The notes below the pieces were generated by a model, which saw nothing but the letters and a program-made list of their open reading frames with translations, did no database searches and had not been told where the DNA came from. A stretch of DNA of 64,000 nucleotides from Schmidtea nova (lineage: Eukaryota). Numbering within the stretch: position 1 is the first letter of the stretch; each line of letters begins with the position of its first letter. Position numbers and translations under genes: made by a program. Location: positions 465,620,001 to 465,684,000 of the forward strand of contig CM097882.1 in NCBI GenBank assembly GCA_044892505.1. Reading direction: 5' to 3'. Below, in pieces: positions 47,925-59,400 of this stretch.

Positions 47925-49615
47925 CACCACAATGTCCTCCCAATGCTCCATCGTGGTATTGTAATAATAACGACTCTCTATACTTTTTTGGCACTAGTAT
48001 TACATTATATCTCGTTTCCACGTATTTAATTAAACCTTCCTCCAAGATAAATTTATCTTTATGTTTCTCCTAATATTTTTGAATCTCGCTTGGTATGGCT
48101 TTTGCTTCGTTGGCTTGTCTGATCATGTTGATCTCGTCATCACTTTTCTGCGCCTCTACCAAGTCAGTCAACGTATTTGCTTCTCTCGTTAACATAAAAA
48201 TTGTTCCTTCTAATCTTTCTTCCTTTACGTCATCTGCTTCCGGTTCTTGTTCCATGCGTGATAGATCGTCTGCGGTACCATTGGCTTTTCCTTTACGATG
48301 TACAATCTCAATATTATATGGCTGTAATATCAATGCCCATCTTAATTATTTCGATGCTTCATCTCTATGTTTTAACAACCATTGCAGTGGTCTATGATCG
48401 GTATAGAAAATTACCTTTATGCCCTATAGGTAATGGCTAAACTTCTCTACTACAAATAAAAGTGCTTCTAGTTCTATCACCGTATAACTTTTTTCGTGTG
48501 GCTTTAATCCACGACTAGCGTATGCTACCGCGTACTCATTGCCAATTTCATCTTTCTGTCTTAATACTGCACCTATACCTCTTGCACATGCATTAGTCAT
48601 TACCATAAATTGCCTTTTAAAATCTGGAAACCGTAAAATTGGTGGTTTACATAATGCCTCTTTCAGCTTATCAAACGCTTGCTGCTGATCCTCTCCCCAT
48701 AAAAAATTTAACTCCTTTCTTTTCTACCGTAGTTAAAGTAAAAGCGATCGCAGAAAAATTTCAAATAAATTTACTATAATATCCCGTAAACCCTAAAAAT
48801 CTCTAAATTTGTTTCTCATTCACTGGTTGTTGGAAATTCTTTACTTTATCCGTGTTAGCCGGATCTGGTCTTACGCAATCGTGTGATATTACATGCCCTA
48901 CGCAAATCACTTCCGACTCTGCCAACTTGCATTTGCTTTATTTTACTTTTAAATTTGCCATGATTAATCTTTTAAAAATATCCTCAAAATGTTCTTAGTG
49001 CTTATCTAAATCTTCCGAGAAGATGATAATGTCGTCTATATACACCATTGCATGATGTGCATCCATCAGCATGATATTCATAGCCCTCTGAAAAGTTGGA
49101 AGTGTTCCTTTTAGTCCAAACGGCATCACTACATATTCGAAATGGTCACTACTTGTTGAAAATCCAGTCATCGAAATTGAGTCTTCGCTCATGTTTATTT
49201 GATAAAACCCCTTCTGTGCATCCATCACAGTAAACAATTTTTCATTTTATTGTATATTTAATCTAACAAAGGTAGCGGGTGATTATGACTTACAGTCTAC
49301 TCATTTAATTTCCTATAGTTGTTACATGACCTAACTGAATCATCTCTCTTAGCTTCAACCACCAAAGGTGAGGAATATGGAGATTTACTTGGACTGATTA
49401 TATTATACTTTTGCATTAATTTAATTTGTTTATCTACGAACCCTTGTATACTTTTAGGTATTCTATATGGGCGAATCTTTATTGGTTTAATTTCTGTTAA
49501 TTTAATCTCATGTTCTAAGCTATTAACTTGTCCTAGGTCATATTCGTGTTTTGCAAAAACTTAGTCATATTTTCGTAACAATTGATTAACCCTAATATTC
49601 TCTTTTCTAGTTAAA
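47925..49615 (-). pseudogene. pol: Gypsy pol fragment (RT, RH, start of IN), related to the env-class elements
   Basis: VFAKHEYDLG, PIKIRPY, MPFGLKGTLPTFQR, YIDDIII, MTNACARG, HRKGKANG, YHDGALGGH; many disablements. Confidence 0.85.
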
Positions 49616-49805
49616 ACTAAATAAAACTAAATAAAAGCTTAAATAAAACGTTATTGCATTGTTATACCGTATAGTATACAACTGTAAGTTTTAACTAGCG
49701 CTTTATTCTTAGATTACTTTTTAAAATGTATTTAGTTATCTTTCATTTTTTACAAAAACCCTGTTAAAGGTGAAAACAAAATAGAAATTGGTGTTAAACA
49801 ATTCA

Positions 49806-52560
49806 TAATAAACCCCAGAGTTTGACCAGGTTCTCGTCTGACACACATTCCCGACTGCGCTCTTTGTTGTTGGTATCTATGGCCGAGTGTCTTCCACGAA
49901 GCAATCACAAATCAACATATCTTGTGGGATCAAAACGTGTGAGTCCGGGTCCAACTAATCTTATAAATAAAAGCGAAGATACAGTTGTTGTCTTCAATGA
50001 AGCTCATGACGGGGTGATGATAAGATTCATCTGTAAAAACCCTCGCTCAGCTTCACTTGAAGAAATTGGGATTGTACTGGGGGCAATTTTCAAAGGAAAA
50101 AGTTTATCAGGAACACTTTTTTCGGTGATATATTCACGAAATCCACGAATCATTATTCTTTCGTTTAACTATAATCTTGTTGACAAGTTCCTTATTTCTG
50201 CTTCGCCAAACGTCAAGTGCGTATCAATATTGTTGGGCCAATGTTTTAGATCAAGCACTCGAGCCGAGTATGCCAAACTAGCATCTTCACTGGACAGCAA
50301 TCTTTGTTCTATTGATTCTCTTAGCTTTTTGAAACGCTTTCACATCAATTGGTGGATCATTTTTACTTTCTTTTTTGTGAAGTGAAACTCCTCTGAAAAA
50401 GTTATTATCTGCAGCAGTGGTCGCAATTTTATAATAAGGGCCTGGAATGATTTGTCGTTCTTCAAAAACCTGTATAAGAGCCTTGATCTTTTAATCTGCT
50501 TTGTAAAGGTTCATGTCGCGCTTTTGCAAATCTAAACTTAACTCTGACAGCTCTTGTAGGGCATCGCATATCAATCCGAGGTCTAATACGAATTTAGTAG
50601 AAGTAATCTTCCGCTGTAAACCTTCGTATGTGCATTGATCTTTTTTGTCTCAGGTTGGATAATGTTTTGTTTCGTCAAAATGCTTAACCAAAACTTCGTA
50701 ATCTTCCCAAACTGCTAAAACTAAACGGAAACTGGATACCACCCATATCGTGCTCAACATCCTCCCAATTTTTAACAACTCAGTTTGTAACAAATTAGCA
50801 CATATTTGCAATTCTCTTGAATTTTTTGGCAAAGGACACACAGTTTATCAATGAATGCTTTCAATCGGTTGATCCCCGAAACTTGTTTTATGGTATCATC
50901 AACGGAGAGTTCCAGTCGGTGATTTGTACAATGCCAAACCAGAACAGATGGAAACTTTTCTTTCAGCAATTTCTTGACTCCAGTTTTGCACCCCAACATC
51001 ACAACTGCTCCATCACATGCAAGATAAATCAAATTTCTTTTAAGAAATTCTTCTGTTATCCCATAGGAATGAAGGCAGTTTAGTAATAAATCAAAAATTC
51101 CCGTTGTGGTTACACTTTCGAGTTCTACCAAATCCAAGAATAAATTCACTGGTGAGTTCATTCCACTGTCCGCAAGACAAACACGAATGTACACAATTAA
51201 AGTAGATTTCTGGCTAGGCGTAGTTGATTCATCGATAATCAATGAAATTTTATTGTCCCACCTTATTATTTCTTTGATCAATTTTATTTTCATTTCAGAA
51301 CTTATGTGATTCACTAAATTGATACATGCATTGGTTGAATGGACTATATGGATCACCTCAATTCCATTCAGTTCTTGCAAATCAATTTCAGATTCAAAAT
51401 TATGAAACGATTTTTTTTCTTTGGCCACTTTATATGCCGTACGAAAAATCTTTGCAGTTACGACTTTTTCAGGAGATAATGCCTTTAAAAACAGGTTCTC
51501 GATAGGTGCCGTATCGGCTTCGGCTAGTATCTTAAGTGCAGCTTTATGTGTCGCAGTTTCCTTATGATCGAACAATTTTTTCCGTAATGACATAAGCTGA
51601 TGTTTTCAATTAATATTGAAGTAGGTTATTTGATTGTTAGACCATTCTTTAGATATCTTCATTCAAATCTTTGCCTCGACTCTGAGGTTACCAACTTTTC
51701 GGCACGGAAAACAACCAAAGTTTTTATCATGGATAGATAGCCAGTTATACTTTGTACAGAACTCGTTTTTTTGATCCAAAGTCCAGCATGCATGCCAGTC
51801 AGCATCATCAAGTTGTAATTGCTCAATAGCATCAGATGATCCAAGAACGCTATTTGAATGCATTATTTCCAATGGGTCCGTTATGGTTTCTTCTGTTACA
51901 CCAACTTCTGCCCTTATTTCTTCGCACAATCTGTTTTTTTATTTACTGGAAATTCGTTTGATTGCGAAGCAGAAAAGAAATCAAAAATCTTCATTTTCAA
52001 GTGAGATAAATTAATTATATACCAAGTAATCAATTATAAATTTTAATTTTGTAAGTTTTAATTTTTTAACTTGTTTTTAATCTTCTATGCATAACGTTTA
52101 AAAACACGTGGCCGGAAATGAGCTATCAATTAATGACGTCTTATTAAGAGTGTGCTTATAAATTGTGGCTGTCTGGATTCGTTTTGGTGGCAGGTGCTCG
52201 TTTCTATGTGGAAATATGAAATAAATGTACGCCACATAGGAACGGCATGCAAGCACTCTGCACAGCGTTAATAACAAACATTACCTTATATGAGTTATAC
52301 ATAATTGTGCACTAATAGGCACAATGCGAATATAATTATTATATTACGTTAAAACATTTTTGCTATTCGTATTTAAGTGCTAATTTATAGATAAAAATGT
52401 AAAATAAAACATTCATATTAATAGTATAATAAAAAATAATTATAATTTAAATCACTTAAAAGTTACTATTAATTATATTTTATTTTTTATAAAATGAAAA
52501 AGGTGCCGGTACGCCGTACCGGCGCATACCGTCACAAAAAAAAAAAAAACAATAGCCGGA
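49806..52560 (-). mobile_element. hAT transposon (ZNF862-like transposase), decayed
   Basis: IIDESTT, LACDGAVVMLG, WHCTNHRLEL, EGFSQMNLI, FIRLVGP; terminal block aaggtgccggtacgccgtaccggc..cacaaaaaaa at about 52495-52560. Confidence 0.88.
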
Positions 52561-53853
52561 TCACAGTTCTAGTATTGATATCGGATCACATTCGATTTCA
52601 TAGTCCTCATAGGCGTCGTCGCAGATCCAGTCCTGGACCTTCCCGGCTTCGTTCTTCGCTATTCCGTCCGGTCCATAGATGTTCGGATTCGGTGCCCAGC
52701 ATAAGTGGGACTTATACATAACTATTTCATGTATGCTGATAGTCTCTGTTTATTTGGATTGGGTTCTCCGTCCTTCTTGGAATTTGAATGGAAGATTTAG
52801 GTATTCGGTAGTCTCTCCGGTAGCGAGGTTTCGCGAGCGATCTAACATAATATATCCAAGTTGATGGAATTCTGGTACCCTGATCTTATTGAAAAAAATC
52901 ATCCACCGGGTACATTGTCAGTGTCGTGCTTTACGGCAAACCATTTTGGTCTCGGATCCGTCGCCTCGCCTGAGGGCTATAAAGATCCTCTTTCGTAACG
53001 TAATTCATCTTTGTGTTGAGGTCCAAGATTTTTAGATCTCAACGTGCACTGGTGTAGACTATCGTATATAAAAATAAGATCAAGTCTTTTTTGAAAAATT
53101 TATTCAATAATAAAATTTACCAAATTTAAAATCAAAGGTTATCAATTACGCTTTCAAATCAAAAATTATCAAATACACTTTCAAAGCTTCACACTGTTTT
53201 ATTTAAAGGGTATTTTTTGCGTGTCCTATTGTGTGCTTGTTATTTTGTGAATGTATTATGTTTATTTTAATGATAACAATTCCGTGTTGAACGTTTTTGT
53301 ACTGTTCGTAAATTTTAAGTTCTCGCAGGATTACCCTTTGAGAAAGTTTGTTTCGCTAAATTTTTATTGAAATTGAATTTCAAAAAATTGTGGGCAAAAT
53401 TTAAAAATTTTCCCTTCTTTAAATACTAAAATTTTTCGTACTCGTTATTAACTTTAATTTCTATATTTTTAATTTCCTGTAATTATTCTCCAGCTGCTGT
53501 TAATCTAAAAATTTAAATTTCCTGTATCAAGCAAGCAATTAATTTTATATTCTAGTATCGAGCAAATGATTTCCTGTATTCAGCAATTAATTTTATATTC
53601 TAATTTATTAATAATATCTACATAAAATAACTTATTAATACATTTTATAATAGATCACATAAATAAAATAAAAATAAATAAATAATATATACATTCCAAT
53701 AAAATAAATTATTAATACATTTTTTACCACATAAATAAAAACACATTCATACAATATCTAAAATTATAAGAATCACAATAATATCAAATATTTACACCAC
53801 GAATAATGTCAATTGTCAAAACTAAATGTCAAATGTCGAATGTTAATCAAATA

Positions 53854-55953
53854 TTAAATATCAAATGGATGTTGATATCCTGGTTGGTGCTTGGATTGAT
53901 TGTGCACTGGGTACTGATTGATATTGGGTTCTGTTTCTTTTTTAATATTGGTTGCATCGACAGGCTCTGCATAAATATTCACTCTGTATTTGTTGCCCCC
54001 CACACTATAATTTTCTGATAGGAGGAATGTATTGATGGGCTTACCTTCATCATCCAACATTCCTCCCCGGGCCGTCAAAGTAATGTCCTCATTTCCTTTG
54101 TCACACAATATTAAATCAATTCTTTTCTCTTTTATTTGAATTGTTGTTTTTCGAAATCCATTTTTTATCGCAAGGTTTATCGTCTCCTCGTGCTCAATTT
54201 GTCTTCCAAAATGAGTGCAGAGATCTTTTTCTGAGACATACTTTTTGTCTTTGTCTATTATGAAGTCTGATTCTTCTGGTTCTGTCCAGTCGGCTAACAT
54301 TTCAACTTTTGGTTCTGGTCCGATATCCTCTTCCATTATGTTGTATTTACTACTTGTTGATGGTTCTTCACTATCTTCTTCCATTTTGATGTCGTTACTG
54401 CTGGTTGAAGGTTCTTCTATGTTTTCATCTGCTGAGAAATATTCATCGTCTATATCACATTCGTCCATTCTTTCATATAGAATATTTTGAATTTTGGGTT
54501 CTGCTTTGATTTCCCTAGTTGGAGCGATAAGTGGTATTTCTTCTTTTATGATCATGAGTTCATCGTCGTCACTGTCCATGAGTTCTTCCATGAATGACTT
54601 TTTTGGTTTGTAATGATTGGTTTTTGTTAATTCCCCATGGGACGGCTCCATGCCTTCTCCATCTTCATATTTACTTTCTATCTCACCTTCTGCTTCGCTC
54701 TCTGTTTCGTTTTCGAATATTGCTTCTAGTTGTTCTTCTCCATTTACTTGTTTCCTTTTAAGAAGTGTTGCGGAATCCCATTTGACAACTTCTTCCCATT
54801 TATTTTCTGTGATATCGTAGATCACTTTTAATAACATTGTGGTGATCTTTGTTGAGAATGGTTCTGGTTGTCTCAATATATCATTTAACTTTTTATCTTT
54901 ATGCCAACTTTTATGGTAATTGATTACCTGGTAAGCCAAATTTGATATTTTTATTTTTGGTGGGGCCACGTTTTTTACAAAAGAACACATAAATCGATCC
55001 TGTGCCATTTCTCTTATGCCCATAATGTTGTCCAGATCTATCGTCAATAGTTTTAACTTATCTATGATGTTGAATCCAACTATGATCTTTCCATAGAGAA
55101 TGTTTCGAATTTCATTTAAGGCTTTATATTCGTCTTCATTTCCAATTATGTTTTCTTTTGTAGCTTTAGTTTTTTCCGTGTAGAATTTTTCTACTTTCGT
55201 TCTTGGGGTGATGAATTTGTTATACAGAATTGCTCCTTTTCTGCTTCTGATACAAATTTCCACTGGTCTGAGATTTTTGTTTATATCTTGAATTACTTTT
55301 ATATCCACCATTACAGTTAATGAATGCCTTTCTTCTGTCGTTAACTCTTGATTCGTGAATGATATCTTCTGATTGATCATATCTTCATTTATTTGTAGGA
55401 TTGAATGTATTGGGTTTAATTTTATGAACGGATTTGGGATTGTCGGGATATATAGCACTTCGATTGCTATCACACATGGTAGGTTGTTCATCTGCACTGT
55501 CAACTCATTGAAATCGTTTGACATGCTTCTGTCTTTTCTTATTAACTTGATAACTGCTGAACAGTTGCTTGTGACAATTAACGGGATTTTATTTTGACAT
55601 ATTGCAACTTCTGTTTTTGTCATGTGGAATATTAGTCTGTGAGGGATTCTCTGGTTTTTTGCAACTTCTTTGTCGACGTTTTGGTATTTGTCGAAGGTTC
55701 CAATAAGCTCCCTGAGTTTCACTCTTCGGGCCTCATTGAATTTTATCAGATGCATTTCCCGTTCTTCTATTTCGACTTTCATGTCGTTTGGGATACATAT
55801 TTGATTTGGGAAACTGCGAATTGTAATTGGGGTTCCATCCGTACATATCTTGTTCTGTAGATTTTTGTAAAAACTCATGTTTAGTTTGTTTATAAAACAA
55901 GTATATTTCTGGTAGGTTCTTGGTTGATTGAAATGAGGTTGATTTTGATTCAT
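53854..55953 (-). CDS. 699-aa accessory protein with REX4/ISG20-like (DEDDh-fold) pseudo-exonuclease and acidic region
   Basis: Residues about 212-385: VMVDIK..RPVEICIRSRKGAILYNKFITPRTKVEKFYTEKT..IRNILYGKIIVGFNIIDKLKLL..IREMA; catalytic residues mostly lost. Confidence 0.75.
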   Translation of the reverse strand: MNQNQPHFNQPRTYQKYTCFINKLNMSFYKNLQNKICTDGTPITIRSFPNQICIPNDMKVEIEEREMHLIKFNEARRVKLRELIGTFDKYQNVDKEVAKNQRIPHRLIFHMTKTEVAICQNKIPLIVTSNCSAVIKLIRKDRSMSNDFNELTVQMNNLPCVIAIEVLYIPTIPNPFIKLNPIHSILQINEDMINQKISFTNQELTTEERHSLTVMVDIKVIQDINKNLRPVEICIRSRKGAILYNKFITPRTKVEKFYTEKTKATKENIIGNEDEYKALNEIRNILYGKIIVGFNIIDKLKLLTIDLDNIMGIREMAQDRFMCSFVKNVAPPKIKISNLAYQVINYHKSWHKDKKLNDILRQPEPFSTKITTMLLKVIYDITENKWEEVVKWDSATLLKRKQVNGEEQLEAIFENETESEAEGEIESKYEDGEGMEPSHGELTKTNHYKPKKSFMEELMDSDDDELMIIKEEIPLIAPTREIKAEPKIQNILYERMDECDIDDEYFSADENIEEPSTSSNDIKMEEDSEEPSTSSKYNIMEEDIGPEPKVEMLADWTEPEESDFIIDKDKKYVSEKDLCTHFGRQIEHEETINLAIKNGFRKTTIQIKEKRIDLILCDKGNEDITLTARGGMLDDEGKPINTFLLSENYSVGGNKYRVNIYAEPVDATNIKKETEPNINQYPVHNQSKHQPGYQHPFDI

Positions 55954-56415
55954 CTTTGTTTTTGATTGATATCGAATTGATTTCTTGAGATATTGATTTG
56001 AGAGATGATTAATAGGGTTTTGACAGTTTAACAGAGATATAATTGAATATATTGAGATATATGGGTAATTGTCGTAACGATTCGATTGGTTTATAGAATT
56101 GACGAGATTGATTGGGTATTTTGTATGGAGATGATTGGTAGGGTTTTCTGATTGTTTGTTGTGATAGTTTAAAAAGAGATGATTGTATTTATTGAGATTT
56201 TTGAATGGTTGTCACAATGATTTGATTGATGTGTAGAATTCACGAGATTGATTGGGTTTTCGGAGTTTGTTGGAACTTGCTTTGTTTTGCTCGTGTAATC
56301 TTTTCTAAAAATAAAGGATAAAGTTTTTTGTTTAAGACGTATTGTCGGTTTAACCTTATACGCTATATAAATACGAATATATATGATTTTAATTATTATT
56401 ACTGACAAAAACTTA

Positions 56416-59400
56416 TTATACCAATGTGGATTTTGTATATTCACCTGGTATATATTTGCCCAAATGGAAATGCCCTGGTACATTTCTGACCAGTCGGCTC
56501 CGATACCGCTGCCTTTTCCATTTGTACTTTTTGTAAATTTGTACGCTAGTTATTAAAGCTAAAACTGCTAATGCTATTATTGATGTTGTGATGACATAAT
56601 AAGGCCAATGTGGCTTTTTATCCTCTTTACGAAATGCTTGTAGTTCCTCTAAGTTATGTATCACTATTGGTCTTCCTTGCCTTATTTTGATAGGTTCTTG
56701 TTTTTGTTTTTTGGCATTGTATTGTTTTTGGAATTTGGCTATTCCAGTGCTTGTTGGTATTTCGTTTGTAAGTGGTGTGGTATTTAGTATATTATCTGAT
56801 GTCGTTGTTGTGCTTTTTATTCTATCGAGTGTTTTTGTTATGTTATGGTTTTTTGTTATATTCTTGGGTAATTGTTCTGTTTTTATTTTTTTGCATCTCC
56901 ATGTTGTTGTATCTGTGTTTCTCTGTATGCAGATTTTGTATATTGTATTAGGTGTTAGTTTTGTGAAATTAATATAGTTTCCTCTTTCGATTTCGTTGGT
57001 TATTCTGTCGTCTTTTCCTTTTATCATCTTTGGGTTTTTCCCATTCGTTGTTTGCATGTATAAATCAATTACTCCTCTATTTATGATAAATGCTCTAACT
57101 TCGTTTGTTGATATTTTTATTAATACTTTGTCAAATTCTATTGTTTCGGTTGAGCCAACAAATGTTATGATTGTTAAGAAGATAGCCGATATTATTAGTT
57201 TGTTATGAGATCTTAGATTATACTTGTGGGGTTTATCTATCGTGACCTCGGCTTCCGCCAACTTGCATCTGTTGACATGTACTACTATTGGATCCTCGTT
57301 TTTATGCTTTTGTAAGTGTAAATTCTCATTTATTACTTTTACTACCTCATATGGACCTTTATATGGTCTTGCTAGTTTTGTTGTCTTTCCCTTTCCTACT
57401 TGTGGTGACATAAGTCTAACCTTATCACCTACTTTAAAGTTGTGTGGTTTACTATTTTTGTCGTAGTCGGCTTTGTACTGTTCTTGTCTATATTTGACTT
57501 TTAGATTGGCTACTTTATACACTTCTTGCAGTTTTTCCTGCATTAGTGTGACATAATCTGGTGCATCTAAATATTGTGATACTCGAGGTTCAAATATTGT
57601 ATCTATTGGTGTTGCTGGTTCTCTTAAAAACATTAAATAATACGGTGAATACCCTGTTGTTTCGTTTGGAGTGATATTATGAATGTATGTGCATTGACTT
57701 ATGTATTCGTCCCAATCATTTTGATTTTTTCCTACAAAAACAGCTAGTCTGCTTAGTAATGTCCCATTAAATCTTTCTACTAGTCCATCAGTTTGAGGGT
57801 GATACGCTGTTGTGTTGATCTTTTGCATGTTAAAAATATTAGCTACTCGTTTTATTAATTCACTAGTAAAATTTGTTCCTTTATCTGTTAATAATCTTTT
57901 GGGTGTGCCTATCTTGAAAATAATTTTTTCTATAAGCAATTTAGCAACTGTTTCTGCTGTTTCGTCTTTTGTTGGAAATGCTTCTGCCCATCTAGTAAAA
58001 TAATCACTAAATACTAGTATATGTTTATTCCCATTAATTGTAGTAGGTAATTTACATAGAAAATCCATTGCACATAGTTCCATTGGTGATGTCGTTGCTG
58101 GAATGGGATGTAACGGCGCTTTTGTTTTTGTACCTGTATTTTTTCTTGTTGCACATATTGTACACGCGTTACACCATCTCTTAACATCTTTCTTTAATTC
58201 TTCCCAGTAATATTTTTGTAATAATCTACTTGCTGTTTTTCTAGATGATAAGTGACCTCCTAATGCTCCATCGTGATATTGTAGTAGGAGTATTTGTCTT
58301 AATTTCTGAGGTACTACTATTAGTTGCTTACCATTGAAATCTTCTATTACTACTAATTTCTTTGATATTTTATACTTTGAATTGTTTTCTTTTCTGATTT
58401 CATTTTTTATTTTACTGATCTCTGGGTCTTTCATCTGTTCCTCATATATATCGATTGGTTTTTCTGCTACTAGTGCAAATATTTCAAGTGCTCCTAATTC
58501 TGGTATTCTTGATAGTGCATCTGCGTTTTTATTTATTCTACCTGGTTTATATATAATTTTTAGGTGCATGTCTTGTATTTTCATTGCCCATTTAAGTAAT
58601 CTACTTGATGTATCTTTATGTTTCCATAAGCCTTCTAATGGTTTATGGTCAGTTCTTATTATCACTTCAGTCCCATATATGTATGGTTTGAATTGTTTTA
58701 GGGCGAATACTATTGCGTAACATTCTTTTTCTATTGTTGAATACCTCAGCTGTGCTCCTTTTAATGTTTTACTGGCATATGCTATTACGTAATCTTTCCC
58801 TTTTTCTTCTTCTTGGCCTAAGACTGCTCCTACGGCTTTCCCGCTGGCATCCGTCATTACTATAAACTGTTTTTCAAAATCTGGGTATCTTAACACTGGT
58901 GCTGTTATCAATCTTTCTTTTAGTTTATTGAATGCTTCTTGATGTTCCTTTGTCCACTTCTTTTGTATCTTGTTAACTTTGCTGTTCATTTCTTGTACTA
59001 TTAACACATTTTTGCATTCTCCTTTTGTTCTAATTCCCTTTGTCAGTTCTATTATCGGTGATGCTATCTTTGCATAATCTTGTATGAATTTACGATAGTA
59101 CCCTGTTAGACCTAAAAACCCTTGTACTTGTTGTACTGTTTTTGGTATTGGGAATTTCTTTACAACTTCTATTTTTTCTGGATTTGGTTTTATCCCTTCT
59201 ACTGTAACTATATGCCCTAGAAATAACGCCGAAGGTTCTGCCCATTTACACTTAGTTGGTTTAATTTTAATTTTTGCTTTTCTTAGTCTCTCGAGTACAT
59301 TTGTTATATCTTTTAAGTGTTCCTCAAATGTTTTTGATGATATTAGTATATCATCCATGTAAACTGCGCAATGTTGTACATTTACTAATATTGTGTTCAT

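Noticed and set aside
49822-50385. 187-aa plus-strand ORF, and plus-strand ORFs across 54215-63493
   Set aside because: Antisense shadows of the hAT transposase and the retroelement ORFs.
53053-53420. Candidate 3' LTR of the large element (AATAAA then ...CTACA at 53053; purine run near 53410)
   Set aside because: No second LTR in the window and no clean PPT-TG junction, so boundaries cannot be supported.
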